A stretch of DNA of 64,000 nt from an uncultured delta proteobacterium (GTDB lineage: Bacteria; Myxococcota_A; Polyangia; Polyangiales; Polyangiaceae): assembly GCA_963850305.1 (NCBI GenBank), contig CAWKKR010000005.1:128001-192000 (forward strand). Reading direction: 5' to 3'. The position numbers were made by a program, and so were the translations under genes. Below the pieces are notes generated by a model. It made no database searches. It was not told the origin of the DNA and saw only the letters and a program-made list of their open reading frames with translations. Shown here piece by piece: positions 44,190 through 54,053 of the stretch. How positions within the stretch are numbered: the first letter of the stretch is position 1; each line of letters opens with the position of its first letter.

Positions 44190-45146
44190 TCACTGACCGA
44201 GGCAGGTCGTCGCCTGCGTCGCGCACGTGACCGGATTCGCACCCGGAGTCAGAAGGCACTGGGCTGCCGTCTGGCTGCAGGTCAGTGCACCCGTTGCCGT
44301 CGGGAGCTGGATGATCGGGGGCAGGAGACTGTTGATGTCCGCAACCGTCTGGTCGACGACCGTGGTCGCGCCGTTCACGCAGGTCTGCAAGGTGCCCTTG
44401 CACGCGCTGATGTCCGTGATGCTCACGGCACCGTCCAGGCAGCTCGTGGCCTGCTTCTGACACGCGGTAAAATCCGTCGCAACCTGCGACGGCGTCGGCA
44501 CGGGGAGGTCGCCGACGGCCTTGTCGGCCACCGTCACGGCGCCGCCGAGGCAGGTCTCGAAGATATCCTGGCAGGAGCTGACGTTCGTCACGCTCAACGC
44601 GCCCTTGATGCACGAATCAGCCGTCGACTCGCAGGCGCCAACCGCGTCCAGTGCGCTGGACGCTACGCCCGACGCATCCTGAAGCGTCGTGAGAGCGACC
44701 TGAGTCGCTTTATCGATAGCGCTCTTCGCCGTAGAAACGGCGTTCGTCAGCGCATCGCCGGCCGTGGACACGATGTCCGACGCACAAGCGTCGTAGACGG
44801 TCCGGCAAGCAGTGATGTCGCTCAGCGTGACCGCACCATCGAGACACGAGTTCGCCTTCGACGTGCAGTTGGCGAGTAAGTTTGGTTGGCCAACGGCGTC
44901 CTTGGCGGCCTGGACCGAGCAAGCCGTAAAGGTCGTGGTGCAGGCGCCCACTGCGGCGAACGATTTGGCTGCTTGAACGCAAGTTGCCGCCTGCTTCTGG
45001 CAGTCGGTGAGTGTCACGGCCTGTGCCGTCGTTCCGACATTGAGGCTCGGTGCCGCTTCGGAGCCCTGGCTCGGGCTGACACCGCAACCCGCCAAGGTCC
45101 CCACCGCGGCCAACATCAACACGCTCTGAATGTTCTTGATCGTCAT
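44190..45146 (-). CDS. Lipoprotein with repeated Cys-paired helical units
   Basis: AGGAG RBS; lipobox LAGC; repeated C-x6-C-x10-C-x6-C units. Confidence 0.8.
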   Translation of the reverse strand: MTIKNIQSVLMLAAVGTLAGCGVSPSQGSEAAPSLNVGTTAQAVTLTDCQKQAATCVQAAKSFAAVGACTTTFTACSVQAAKDAVGQPNLLANCTSKANSCLDGAVTLSDITACRTVYDACASDIVSTAGDALTNAVSTAKSAIDKATQVALTTLQDASGVASSALDAVGACESTADSCIKGALSVTNVSSCQDIFETCLGGAVTVADKAVGDLPVPTPSQVATDFTACQKQATSCLDGAVSITDISACKGTLQTCVNGATTVVDQTVADINSLLPPIIQLPTATGALTCSQTAAQCLLTPGANPVTCATQATTCLGQ

Positions 45147-45471
45147 TTTCCGTCTCCTGGTGGGTGACCGCTGGGCCCCCGGTGATTTCGCGAAGGTTGC
45201 GTCTCGCTTCGGTTCGTTAATGTCGACGAAACCCAAATCCGTCACGCTTTGCGATATTTTTTTCAAGTTATCTCGCGCACTTGCGTGTACATAACTTGCG
45301 CAACAGCCCGTCCAATGTCTCGCAAGCTGCACAGTGCGAAGCGATCGAACACTGTGTGCGGACCGTTGCGCAGGCCAGGGTCACGACGATGCGGCTCGTG
45401 TGGTCGTCGCGGGTTCGGCTCAATCACTGCCGAAGAGCGTCGCGTGTACGCAGCTCACGTTGCGGCAAGCA

Positions 45472-46443
45472 CTATGGCCGGGTCGCGTGGGCCGCCGAGT
45501 CGAGCGCATTTTGCACACGTTGGGCGAACGGACTGTCCGGATGCTCGCGAAGATAGGGGGCGGCGAGTCGACGCGCATCGTCCACGCGGCCGAGTTCGAT
45601 CAACGCGAGGAGAAGGATGTGAACGCGCTCCTCATGGAAGAGGCCGTGAGGAAACTCTCGTTGCCCGCGCTCGGAGAGTTCGAGTGCACGACGCGGATCG
45701 CTCGAAAGTGCGCGCTTCGCCTCAACGAGGTCCGCCATCTCGCGCGCCAGCTCGTCGTCTGGGGCACGAGCGGGTTCGGAGGGTTTCGCGACCGCAGGCG
45801 TACGGACCGATCCGACGGAATTTCCAGCCGCGTGTGACGTTACCGCCGAGGTGCTTCCCGGCGGCGGCTCCGTGATTGTCGCGGGTGATGTGCCCTGCGC
45901 GGCGGTCGTCTCCTCCGCAGGCACGGGTTTCGGTGGGGAAGCCTCGTATGCCACCGAGGTAACGGTCGAGCGCGATTTCGCGGCGGCCCGCGGCTCCACG
46001 GGTACGATCTCCGGGGCCTCTAGCTCGATGGCAGGCACGGGGGACACGCTCGTCGTTCTGGACGCCTCGATTCCTGCCGAATGGGAGGCCAGTGGAGGCG
46101 TTGGTTTGGCGGGCAGGGCCATGAAGATCGATGGAGGCGTGCGAACTCGTCCGACAGGAACGTGCGCCCTCGCAGCGAAACCCAGCCCCGCGATCAGCGA
46201 GGCCACCACGACTGGAAGCGCGATCGCCGAGGCCACTGCTTTCGCCGAAATGCTTGCCGCGACTTTGGACATTTCAGCCGCGGGACCACCATGGGGCAAT
46301 ACCGGCGCGACCCCAACTGCCGCGAGATGAAGCTGTAAGCCTTTGGCGAAGTCATAATCGACCTCTTCGGCGACTCCGGCAGCGAGCAGTGCGCGGACTT
46401 GCGGGCAAGCCGCGAAATCCTCCGAAGTGGCGGGATCACTCAC
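45472..46443 (-). CDS. Putative anti-sigma factor (TM, Pro-rich linker, TPR-like C-terminus)
   Basis: Overlaps the sigma gene stop; single TM; ...ALELSERGQREFPHGLFHEER...HPDSPFA tail. Confidence 0.7.
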   Translation of the reverse strand: MSDPATSEDFAACPQVRALLAAGVAEEVDYDFAKGLQLHLAAVGVAPVLPHGGPAAEMSKVAASISAKAVASAIALPVVVASLIAGLGFAARAHVPVGRVRTPPSIFMALPAKPTPPLASHSAGIEASRTTSVSPVPAIELEAPEIVPVEPRAAAKSRSTVTSVAYEASPPKPVPAEETTAAQGTSPATITEPPPGSTSAVTSHAAGNSVGSVRTPAVAKPSEPARAPDDELAREMADLVEAKRALSSDPRRALELSERGQREFPHGLFHEERVHILLLALIELGRVDDARRLAAPYLREHPDSPFAQRVQNALDSAAHATRP

Positions 46444-47021
46444 CGAGCCACCTGAACGCGCTGCTTCGCCTTCATCCTCACCGTGGGCGCGCTTTCCTCT
46501 TCGCGTTCTGCAGCTTCTCGGAAGAGCCGCCGCGCCGCTCGCAGACGGGAGTGCGCCGTATCCGTCGGAATCCCGAGCCCGCTGGCTATCGACACGATGC
46601 TCTCTCCCTGCAGCTCCGCGAGCACGAATACGGCGCGCTTGTCCTCGTCCAGGGCCTCGAGCGCGTGCTGCAATCGGCGGAGTTGTTGCCGATTCGTGGC
46701 GGCTTCTTCCGGGTTGGCGCCCCCGCTCGCCCTAGCGACTCTCTCGTCATCCGCTTCCACGAACGCTCGAACGCGGCGTTTTCGTCGTTCGGTGTGAACC
46801 AGCTTGAACGCAATGCTCGCGAGGTACGTCGTCGGTTTCGCCGGGCCCGGTTGGTACCCGCCATTGCGGTGCGCGATGAGGAAGACTTCCTGCATGAGGT
46901 CGTCCAGGTCCGCGCGCGGCGCACCCATGCGAAGGAGAAACTTCGCGACGAATGGCGCGTGCTGCCGGAACAGCTCGGCCGAATCCAGCGGTTGCTCTTC
47001 AGCCAAGGACCGCTCTTCCAT
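46440..47021 (-). CDS. ECF sigma-70 factor
   Basis: DLDDLMQEVFL (region 2); LDEDKRAVFVLAELQG...IA..LGIP..TAHSRLRAAR (region 4). Confidence 0.92.
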   Translation of the reverse strand: MEERSLAEEQPLDSAELFRQHAPFVAKFLLRMGAPRADLDDLMQEVFLIAHRNGGYQPGPAKPTTYLASIAFKLVHTERRKRRVRAFVEADDERVARASGGANPEEAATNRQQLRRLQHALEALDEDKRAVFVLAELQGESIVSIASGLGIPTDTAHSRLRAARRLFREAAEREEESAPTVRMKAKQRVQVAR

Positions 47022-47080
47022 GAATGCCGCGACGCACCACTTCCGTCATGGTTTCTGCGCGAGGCTCACCCGAACCTTGC

Positions 47081-47989
47081 TCAAAAGAAGAACGTGGCCC
47101 CGAACCGTACGACGCCCATCGTCCCCCCAACCTGCTTTGAGACGACGATTTGCTTTTGAGTATCGAGTATTTGAGCATCCGTGTCTCTGAAGGGGACCAG
47201 AGCGTCGACGGCCAGGTGGAGTCCGAGCACCGGCGTGAAACGCGCATGCAACTCGAGTGCCGCTCCCAGGGCTGACCACAAGGCGGCGTTCGTGCGGTTC
47301 TCCGCGAGGCCGCTTCCGGACGTCGACAGCGCGCCGAGCCGGAAGCCCATGCACCCGACGGCGAACAGCCACGGCGTCGGCCACGTCGCAACGCAGCCAT
47401 CTAGGTTCCCCGCGAGGAGTCGCGTGTCGAAGCGGGCGGGAAGCTCCGCGCTCAGCGACTGCTCCGCGGTCTGCGCCGCAAAGAACCCGACCCGAGGCAC
47501 GAACCAGTCCCGCAGGGGCACATACAAGTCCGCGCTTCCGCCCAGCCCAACGCGGCTCGGCAGGGACGTCGTGACCGCGCCGTCCACCGTGACGAGGATG
47601 GGAGTGGTCCGTGCCAACCGCGACCGAGGCGCCACCGCGTCGATGGCGAGAGCCACCGAAAGCGCAATTGCGGCTCGCTGCTCCTCGCAATCCGGGGGCA
47701 GATGAGAGAATGCGCGCGTCAGTGGCTCCTTGGTGGCCATGCGAACGGAGAACGATACCGCCTCGTTCGATTCCCGCACGTCGATCGAAAGCCGAGCATC
47801 GACACGGCTCCGGCCGAGCCAGTGTTCTATCTCGTCGACGAGAGCGGTTTGCTCGAGACAGGGATTCAGCGTCAAGACGCGCACGGCCGAGGACAGGTCG
47901 CGCTCGGGCGGACGCGTCGTCGCCGACGCCGGCGCGACGCGGCAAAGGTTTGCGACCATCAGTGCACCGCCGAAAGACCGTGGCAGCAA
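47081..47989 (-). CDS. Hypothetical protein, possible C-terminal outer-membrane beta-barrel
   Basis: Alternating beta-strand pattern and terminal aromatic residues (GATFFF); start uncertain. Confidence 0.55.
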   Translation of the reverse strand: MLPRSFGGALMVANLCRVAPASATTRPPERDLSSAVRVLTLNPCLEQTALVDEIEHWLGRSRVDARLSIDVRESNEAVSFSVRMATKEPLTRAFSHLPPDCEEQRAAIALSVALAIDAVAPRSRLARTTPILVTVDGAVTTSLPSRVGLGGSADLYVPLRDWFVPRVGFFAAQTAEQSLSAELPARFDTRLLAGNLDGCVATWPTPWLFAVGCMGFRLGALSTSGSGLAENRTNAALWSALGAALELHARFTPVLGLHLAVDALVPFRDTDAQILDTQKQIVVSKQVGGTMGVVRFGATFFF

Positions 47990-48017
47990 GCGCGACTCGC
48001 GCCATGCTCGGGGTCCG

Positions 48018-49169
48018 ATGCGTCCTGCGGGCTCGATGGGGATCCTTTTCGGTCTGCTCTGGTCCGGAGCCGGGTGTACGGATGCCGTAAATACCCTTGG
48101 AATACTGGCTCACGCGGGCCCCGCGGCGCCCTGCACCGACGGTAGCACGCTTCGTTCGAGCGCCGGCAACGCCGAGTGCGCGGCGATCTCCAAGGAGGCC
48201 GGCCTGTTCGACGCTGCGTCCGACGGTGACGCGAGCACGACGGTCGAAGCCGGTCTCGGCGATGCCGCGCCGCCGGGCTTGGACGCTTGCCCGACGTCAC
48301 GCGCTCCCGCGACTCGTCGCGGATTGAATCTTTTCCTGCTCGTCGATGATTCGTTGTCCGTCGTGCTCCAACCGGAATGGGGACAGCTCACGGCGGCCAT
48401 CACCGCGTTCGTCGACGAAGGACGGAACGCGGGGCTCGGGGTGGGCGTCACCTATTACGGGACCTCGTGCTCGTCGCAGTTCTACGCGGTCCCGACGGTG
48501 CCGATCGGCGTGTTACCTGGCCAGGCGTCGGCCATCACGGGTTCGTATCCGCTCCCCATCAACGGCAAGGCCATCACACCCGCGATGATGGGCGCAGTCG
48601 CGTACGTGGCCAACGAGATCGTCGCGAGCCCGGATCGCGACACCGTGCTGTTGCTCGTGACGGACGGCATCATCGATCCCCTCTGCGGCTCTACCGAGAC
48701 CAGTGCCGCGCAAGAGGCGGGCGCGGCTCTCGGGGCCAGCCCGTCCGTCAGGACGTACGTCATAGGACTCGACCCCGGACCCACGCTCATCAATCCCGGC
48801 GATGTCGTCGACATGAGCCCTCTCGACTCCGTCGCCGTCGCGGGTGGAACCGATCAGGCGCTCGTCGTTCAGGTCAACGCGAGCGGCAACGGCGCGCTCA
48901 CCGATGCTCTCGATCAAGTCGTGAACGCTGCGTCACCGTGCACGTACGTCGTCCCCGAGGGCATGCGTGCGGCGGCCGCGTCGATCGAATGGCAAGCTGC
49001 GTCCGGCAAAGCCCGAACGGATTGGCCCAACGTCGGCGAGCCGTCCGCGTGCGGCACTCGCCCGGGCGTATTTCCGACGGGCACGGGCCTGCTCGGGCTG
49101 TGTCCAGCCTCCTGTACGGCGCTTCGCGGCAGCTCGTCGAGTACCGCCTGGGCGGTTCAGGGCTGCTGA
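48018..49169 (+). CDS. VWA-domain lipoprotein
   Basis: MIDAS-like LLVDDSLS and LLVTDG, TYVIG, AVAGGT; signal ending GAGC. Confidence 0.78.
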   Translation: MRPAGSMGILFGLLWSGAGCTDAVNTLGILAHAGPAAPCTDGSTLRSSAGNAECAAISKEAGLFDAASDGDASTTVEAGLGDAAPPGLDACPTSRAPATRRGLNLFLLVDDSLSVVLQPEWGQLTAAITAFVDEGRNAGLGVGVTYYGTSCSSQFYAVPTVPIGVLPGQASAITGSYPLPINGKAITPAMMGAVAYVANEIVASPDRDTVLLLVTDGIIDPLCGSTETSAAQEAGAALGASPSVRTYVIGLDPGPTLINPGDVVDMSPLDSVAVAGGTDQALVVQVNASGNGALTDALDQVVNAASPCTYVVPEGMRAAAASIEWQAASGKARTDWPNVGEPSACGTRPGVFPTGTGLLGLCPASCTALRGSSSSTAWAVQGC

Positions 49170-49319
49170 GCCGCGAGCTCCGAACCAGCCCCTCTGCTCG
49201 AGAGCGCATCGGAACGTCGAGCGCGGGGTCCCCGGAGAGATGCTGGTTGGTCCGGATTCGATGTCGGTTCGATAGCCGCTTTCTGGGCCAATCTCCGGGG
49301 ATTTGGCACTCCTCGGTCC

Positions 49320-50930
49320 ATGCGCGGACAGGCATTCCAGCTCGTTGGATGGATCGCGCTCTCGGCCCTGGTCGCCTCGGCGACGGGTTGCAGGCTACGA
49401 TCATCGAACGGAGGGAAAACGCCGTCACTGTCGCGCGTCAAGCCGGAGAATGGTGGCGTCATCGCCGCTGGGCCGTTTTCCGAGATACCCATGCCCGCTG
49501 CCGACGGCCCGGCGCTCGCGCCCACCGCGCTGGTCGTTCCGGTCGTGGCAACCCCGACGCGCGGCGCACCGACGATCGGCTACCTGCGGCTTGGTTCCAG
49601 GGTTCCGCGGTCGCCCGAGCCCGTCTCGCGCGACGGCTGCCCCGAGGGCTGGTACGCGGTCCGTCCCGCGGGCTTCGTCTGTGTCGGGGCGGACGCGACG
49701 CTGAAGCTCGACGCCCCGCTCGTCCGGGCCGTCGCGGTCGAGCCGGATCGCGCGAAGCCCATGCCGTATGCCTACGCCTTCTTGCGCGCCATCGCGCCAA
49801 ACTATCTCCGCGTGCCGACCAAGGACGAACAGGTCAAGTACGAGATGGGCCTGGCGCGGCATCTCCGAAGCTGGACTCGGCTGTCGAAGAAGTGGGACGA
49901 CCTCGATGTCGGCGCGAATGACGTCCCGCTCGACGCCAACGGTTTCGCCGCGGGGCCGATTCCCGAACGCGCGGCGCCCCTCGACGTGAACCATCGCTTC
50001 GGTGGCAACGGTGACGACACGCTGCCCTGGTGGCTCGAAGGCGAACGACGGATCCCCAACGTCTCCTCGTTCAAGGCGCCGCCATACGCCGTCATGGCCA
50101 ATCGGATCAAGCGTCATGCCGGTGTGGCGTTGATCGGGACCTTCGTCGCGGGACCCGGAGCCCAGAACCGGCGCTTCGCCGTCACGACCGACGTACGACT
50201 GATCCCGGCGGACAAACTAAAGGCCGACTCCGGGTCACCGTTCCACGGCGAGGACATCAGCCGCGTCGGTCTGCCCGTCGCGTTCGGCGCCCGCGACGGA
50301 GCCACCTACTACGAGGGAAGCGAACTCGAGAAGGGCGCTCCGATCCCGTTCCGGTCGCTCGTGCCGCTGACCGGTCGCGTGCGCATGTTCCACGACGAGC
50401 GATTCGTGGAGACCAAGGACGGTCGGTGGGCGAAGAGCGACGAGCTTCGCACGGCGGCCAAGCCCGGCGATCTCCCGTGGTTCGCGAAAGGCAAGACGAA
50501 GTGGATCGACGTTTCGATCCTCTCGCAGACACTCGTGCTGTGGGAGGGTTCGACGCCCGTCTACGCGACACTCGTCTCGACGGGTAAGGACGGCCTGGGC
50601 GATCCGAAGACCACCCACAGCACGCCGACAGGTATCTTTCGCATCTACCAGAAGCACGTGACCACCACGATGGACTCGGATGTAGCCGACCACGAGTTCG
50701 AGCTCCGCGACGTGCCCTGGGTGATGTACTTCGAGGGGGGCTACGCTCTTCATGGCGCCTACTGGCACGACGATTTCGGACGTGCTCGCTCTCATGGCTG
50801 CGTCAACCTCTCGCCGATCGACGCCCGCTACGTCTTCTTCTGGACCGATCCCGCCGTCCCCGCGCACTGGCACGCCGCGTATTCGGGCGACACGTTCGGC
50901 AACGGCACTCTCGTCGACATCCATCCGTGA
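49320..50930 (+). CDS. L,D-transpeptidase (YkuD domain) lipoprotein
   Basis: WIDVSI..QTL, VSTG, TPTG.F, ALHGAYWH..FG..RSHGCVNL. Confidence 0.92.
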   Translation: MRGQAFQLVGWIALSALVASATGCRLRSSNGGKTPSLSRVKPENGGVIAAGPFSEIPMPAADGPALAPTALVVPVVATPTRGAPTIGYLRLGSRVPRSPEPVSRDGCPEGWYAVRPAGFVCVGADATLKLDAPLVRAVAVEPDRAKPMPYAYAFLRAIAPNYLRVPTKDEQVKYEMGLARHLRSWTRLSKKWDDLDVGANDVPLDANGFAAGPIPERAAPLDVNHRFGGNGDDTLPWWLEGERRIPNVSSFKAPPYAVMANRIKRHAGVALIGTFVAGPGAQNRRFAVTTDVRLIPADKLKADSGSPFHGEDISRVGLPVAFGARDGATYYEGSELEKGAPIPFRSLVPLTGRVRMFHDERFVETKDGRWAKSDELRTAAKPGDLPWFAKGKTKWIDVSILSQTLVLWEGSTPVYATLVSTGKDGLGDPKTTHSTPTGIFRIYQKHVTTTMDSDVADHEFELRDVPWVMYFEGGYALHGAYWHDDFGRARSHGCVNLSPIDARYVFFWTDPAVPAHWHAAYSGDTFGNGTLVDIHP

Positions 50931-50969
50931 GCACAGACGGCAGCCTGCGGGGGCCGTCGGACCGGGCGC

Positions 50970-53060
50970 TCAGGGAATTCTGACGGTCTTCGAGACGCGC
51001 ACCGGTTCACCCGAGAACGCCGGCACGTGTGTGCCCCGGAATACGCGGGCAATGCACCCGCCGATCGGGCTGCCGGCGAAGTCGCCCGAGACAACGGCGT
51101 TCGTCGAGCGCCCGTCGTTCATGAACGTGATGGTGACCTTACCGACGCCGTGATTGCCGGGCTGGCTCGCGCACTGGCCTTCGGCGTTCGACGTCGCCGC
51201 ACCGAGGGCTGCGGAAGCCGCCTCCTTGTTGAACTCGGGTCCGGCGGCGGCCGGAGCGGGCGCGGCAGCTTTCGTCTCGGCTGCCGGGCTCGACTCGGCG
51301 TGCGTCTTCGGCGTCCCCTCGCCGGCAGGATGCGCCTCCGCAACGGGATGCGCCTCGGCAGCAGGATGTACCTCGCCCGCAGAGGGAGCGGTTGCCGGAG
51401 CAGGAGCGGCGCTGCCCGCCACTGCCGCCGCGGTGGAGGCCGCTGCGGAGGTCGTGGCGGCTGGTTCGGACGGCACTGCCGCACTGGGCGCTGGCGGGAC
51501 CGCAGTCGCCGCCGGTGGCGGGGCCGCTGGAGTGGTCACTGCAGGTGCCGGTGCCGGCGGGGTCGGCTTCAGAAAGAAGAACGCCCCGGCGCCGCCCCCC
51601 ACGAGGAGCAGCGCGCCGATTCCTATGAAGAGCCCCGCTTTCGAGCCTTTCGCCGGTGCGGTGGCTGGCGGCCCCGAGCTCGGTCGTGAGTGCACCGGCG
51701 CGGATGCGGCCGGCGGCGCCATGAAATCGGGTGCGGCCATGGCGGCGGCCCCGAACAGGGCTCCGCCGCCCAGATTCGCGACCGACGGAGGGGCCGCCTC
51801 GTCGCTCTGGCCGCCGAAGAGCAGCGCTTCCGCGGCCGCCTTGTCGCTCTTCTTGGGTGCAGGCTTTGGCTTCGCGGCACCCGCGAGGGCGTCGAGCGAG
51901 AACAGCACCGAGCTCTCGTTCCTCGCACCGGTGAGGGTGTGCCCCGCACCGGTCTCGGGTGAAATGCTGGGCATTCTCGAGCGCTGAGCCGCCTCATCGG
52001 CGTCCACTTTTGCGAAGAGATCTTGCCCGCGCTCGCGCGTCCGTTCAGCGCGGCGTGCGGCGACCGGTCGTGGTTCCGCCGAGCTGACGACTTCACTCTC
52101 TTCCGGCGCCTCGAACGGCAACCGAAACTGCTCCTCGGGGCTCGTCTCGGGCGGTGCCTCCGCGGCGGGAGCCGCGGCCACCGGCTCCTCTTTCGGGGCC
52201 GCCACCGGACCAGCCTCTTCTTCCGCGACGGGAGCGGGCCTCGGCGACGCCTCGGCTGCTTTCGGCGCCGACGAATGAGCTTCTTCGGCCGAAATGGCGG
52301 CGTCGAGCAAGGCCTGGGCCTTCGGCGCCGTCATTGCGACCGTGACTTCGTCGTAGTTCGGGCCGGGCTTCTGCTCCCCGCCGTCCCACTTGCCGGGTTC
52401 ACGCCAGCCGCCGGACGGAGTGCCGCTCGTGTCCGCGTTGTCTTCCGGAACCTCGTTCGTACGGGGCTCGAGCCCGCCGGCTTTCAGCGCCGAGGCGATC
52501 TCCGGGATCTCGAACGGCGTGAGCCAGTCTTCCATGCCCTCACGCCAGATGAACGTTTCCGCGTCAATCGTACGCGCCGCATACAGCTCGACCACCTTGG
52601 CCGTCGGCATGTCGCGATGATCGTCATCGGTGACCGCGACGGTCCACGGCTTCTCAACGACGGCCTTCGGCGTCAGTGGCTTTGCCGCTGCGGCCGGGGC
52701 CTTGACCGCGCTCGCGACGGCCGCCTTCGCGGCGGCCGGAAAGGCGCCCGCCGGTGCCGCCGCCTTGGCGGCTGCAAGTTTCGAGGTTGCCGCTGCTCCG
52801 GCTACCGCTTGCGGTGCCGCCTGGAGTCCGCCCAGCATCGTCTTCTGGCGCGGACGCTCGACCTCGGCCTTCTTCTCGGGGGCTCCTGCCGCGGGTTGCG
52901 CGCCGGAAGCCGGAACCGCGGCCGCCGAGCTGGCGAGCTCCGTGCCGTCGACGATGATGGCCGCTCCGCACTTCTTGCAAGTGATGCGGACCTTCCGCCC
53001 GCGCACTTTTTCGTCCGGGACGGCGTACTTGGCGGGGCAACTACTGCAAGCGACGTTCAT
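50970..53060 (-). CDS. Zinc-ribbon/GYF-like/TM/TonB-C-like protein (AgmX/GltJ-like gliding-motility family)
   Basis: CSSCPAKYAVPDEKV...CKKC; TFIWREGMEDW; GARNESSVLFSL; single TM; C-terminal Cys-paired domain. Confidence 0.8.
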   Translation of the reverse strand: MNVACSSCPAKYAVPDEKVRGRKVRITCKKCGAAIIVDGTELASSAAAVPASGAQPAAGAPEKKAEVERPRQKTMLGGLQAAPQAVAGAAATSKLAAAKAAAPAGAFPAAAKAAVASAVKAPAAAAKPLTPKAVVEKPWTVAVTDDDHRDMPTAKVVELYAARTIDAETFIWREGMEDWLTPFEIPEIASALKAGGLEPRTNEVPEDNADTSGTPSGGWREPGKWDGGEQKPGPNYDEVTVAMTAPKAQALLDAAISAEEAHSSAPKAAEASPRPAPVAEEEAGPVAAPKEEPVAAAPAAEAPPETSPEEQFRLPFEAPEESEVVSSAEPRPVAARRAERTRERGQDLFAKVDADEAAQRSRMPSISPETGAGHTLTGARNESSVLFSLDALAGAAKPKPAPKKSDKAAAEALLFGGQSDEAAPPSVANLGGGALFGAAAMAAPDFMAPPAASAPVHSRPSSGPPATAPAKGSKAGLFIGIGALLLVGGGAGAFFFLKPTPPAPAPAVTTPAAPPPAATAVPPAPSAAVPSEPAATTSAAASTAAAVAGSAAPAPATAPSAGEVHPAAEAHPVAEAHPAGEGTPKTHAESSPAAETKAAAPAPAAAGPEFNKEAASAALGAATSNAEGQCASQPGNHGVGKVTITFMNDGRSTNAVVSGDFAGSPIGGCIARVFRGTHVPAFSGEPVRVSKTVRIP

Positions 53061-53188
53061 GGTGGCCAGTGAGCGGGGCGAGCGGACGAGCGGGTGGGCG
53101 GAGCGGGGGAGGAGGGCAGCGTATCATCCTCGCGTGTTTTCCTCAAAGAACCCTGCCGCTTGGATATACTCGGGCGCCCGCGCTCCCC

Positions 53189-53908
53189 ATGCCCGCCCCT
53201 TCTTTCGACGTGCTCGCGCGAGTCGCGATGGAAACGGCCCGGATCAGCGTTCCGACCATTTTCGAAGCTGCCGTGGGCACGCTCACCCCCCGGATCTGCG
53301 ATGAGCGTCTCGATTCGTGGTCGAGAGAGCTGGTTCGCCAGGCGGGGATCCGGATCGACGCGTGCGGGCGCGAGAACATCGTCCCCGGCGAGTCGTTCGT
53401 CGTGATGAGCAACCATCAATCACACTACGACATTCCCGTTCTGTATCAAGCGCTCGGTATCCCCATGCGCATGGTCGCGAAGAAGGAAATCTTTCGCATC
53501 CCTCTCATGGCCCGTGCGATGCGCGCCGCCGGCTTCATCGAGGTCGACCGAAAGAACAGCCAGACCGCGATCCGGAGCTTGAGCTCCGCGCACGAACGGC
53601 TGGGCGGCGTCAGTCTCTGGATCGCGCCGGAGGGCACGCGCAGCAAGACCGGCCACCTCGGCACGTTCAAGAAGGGCGGCTTCCATCTCGCACTCAAGGC
53701 CGGTCTCCGCATCCTGCCCGTCACCATCGACGGCACTCGCTTCGCGCTTCCCGCAGGCGGTCTTCACGTCACTCGCGGCGCGCTCGCGCGCGTCACCGTC
53801 GGTAGCCCGATCGCCGTCACCGATTTCGGAAGCGAGCGCATCGCGGAGCTCGTCGGCGCGGTCCGCCAGGCGATCGTGAAGGCGCTACCGCCCGACCTCC
53901 GTGACTGA
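53189..53908 (+). CDS. plsC: 1-acyl-sn-glycerol-3-phosphate acyltransferase family protein
   Basis: NHQSHYD, PEGTRS, FKKGGF, ILPVTIDG. Confidence 0.88.
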   Translation: MPAPSFDVLARVAMETARISVPTIFEAAVGTLTPRICDERLDSWSRELVRQAGIRIDACGRENIVPGESFVVMSNHQSHYDIPVLYQALGIPMRMVAKKEIFRIPLMARAMRAAGFIEVDRKNSQTAIRSLSSAHERLGGVSLWIAPEGTRSKTGHLGTFKKGGFHLALKAGLRILPVTIDGTRFALPAGGLHVTRGALARVTVGSPIAVTDFGSERIAELVGAVRQAIVKALPPDLRD

Positions 53909-53948
53909 TCCGCACCAGCAAACAACTCTGCCCGTCGGAGCGACCAGA

Positions 53949-54040
53949 AGCCTAGGCTGCCCCCATCCGTCGCGGCTTCGCCGCGCCGACTTCCCCCAAC
54001 TCGCCTGCTCGCCAAGCCTGCGCGGGCTTGGGGGGAAGTC
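53949..54040. repeat. Palindromic intergenic element between convergent genes
   Basis: AGCCTAGGCT, CGCGGC-TTC-GCCGCG, GACTTCCCCC...GGGGGAAGTC, CCAAGCC...GGCTTGG. Confidence 0.6.
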
Positions 54041-54053
54041 CCGCGGGGACGCG

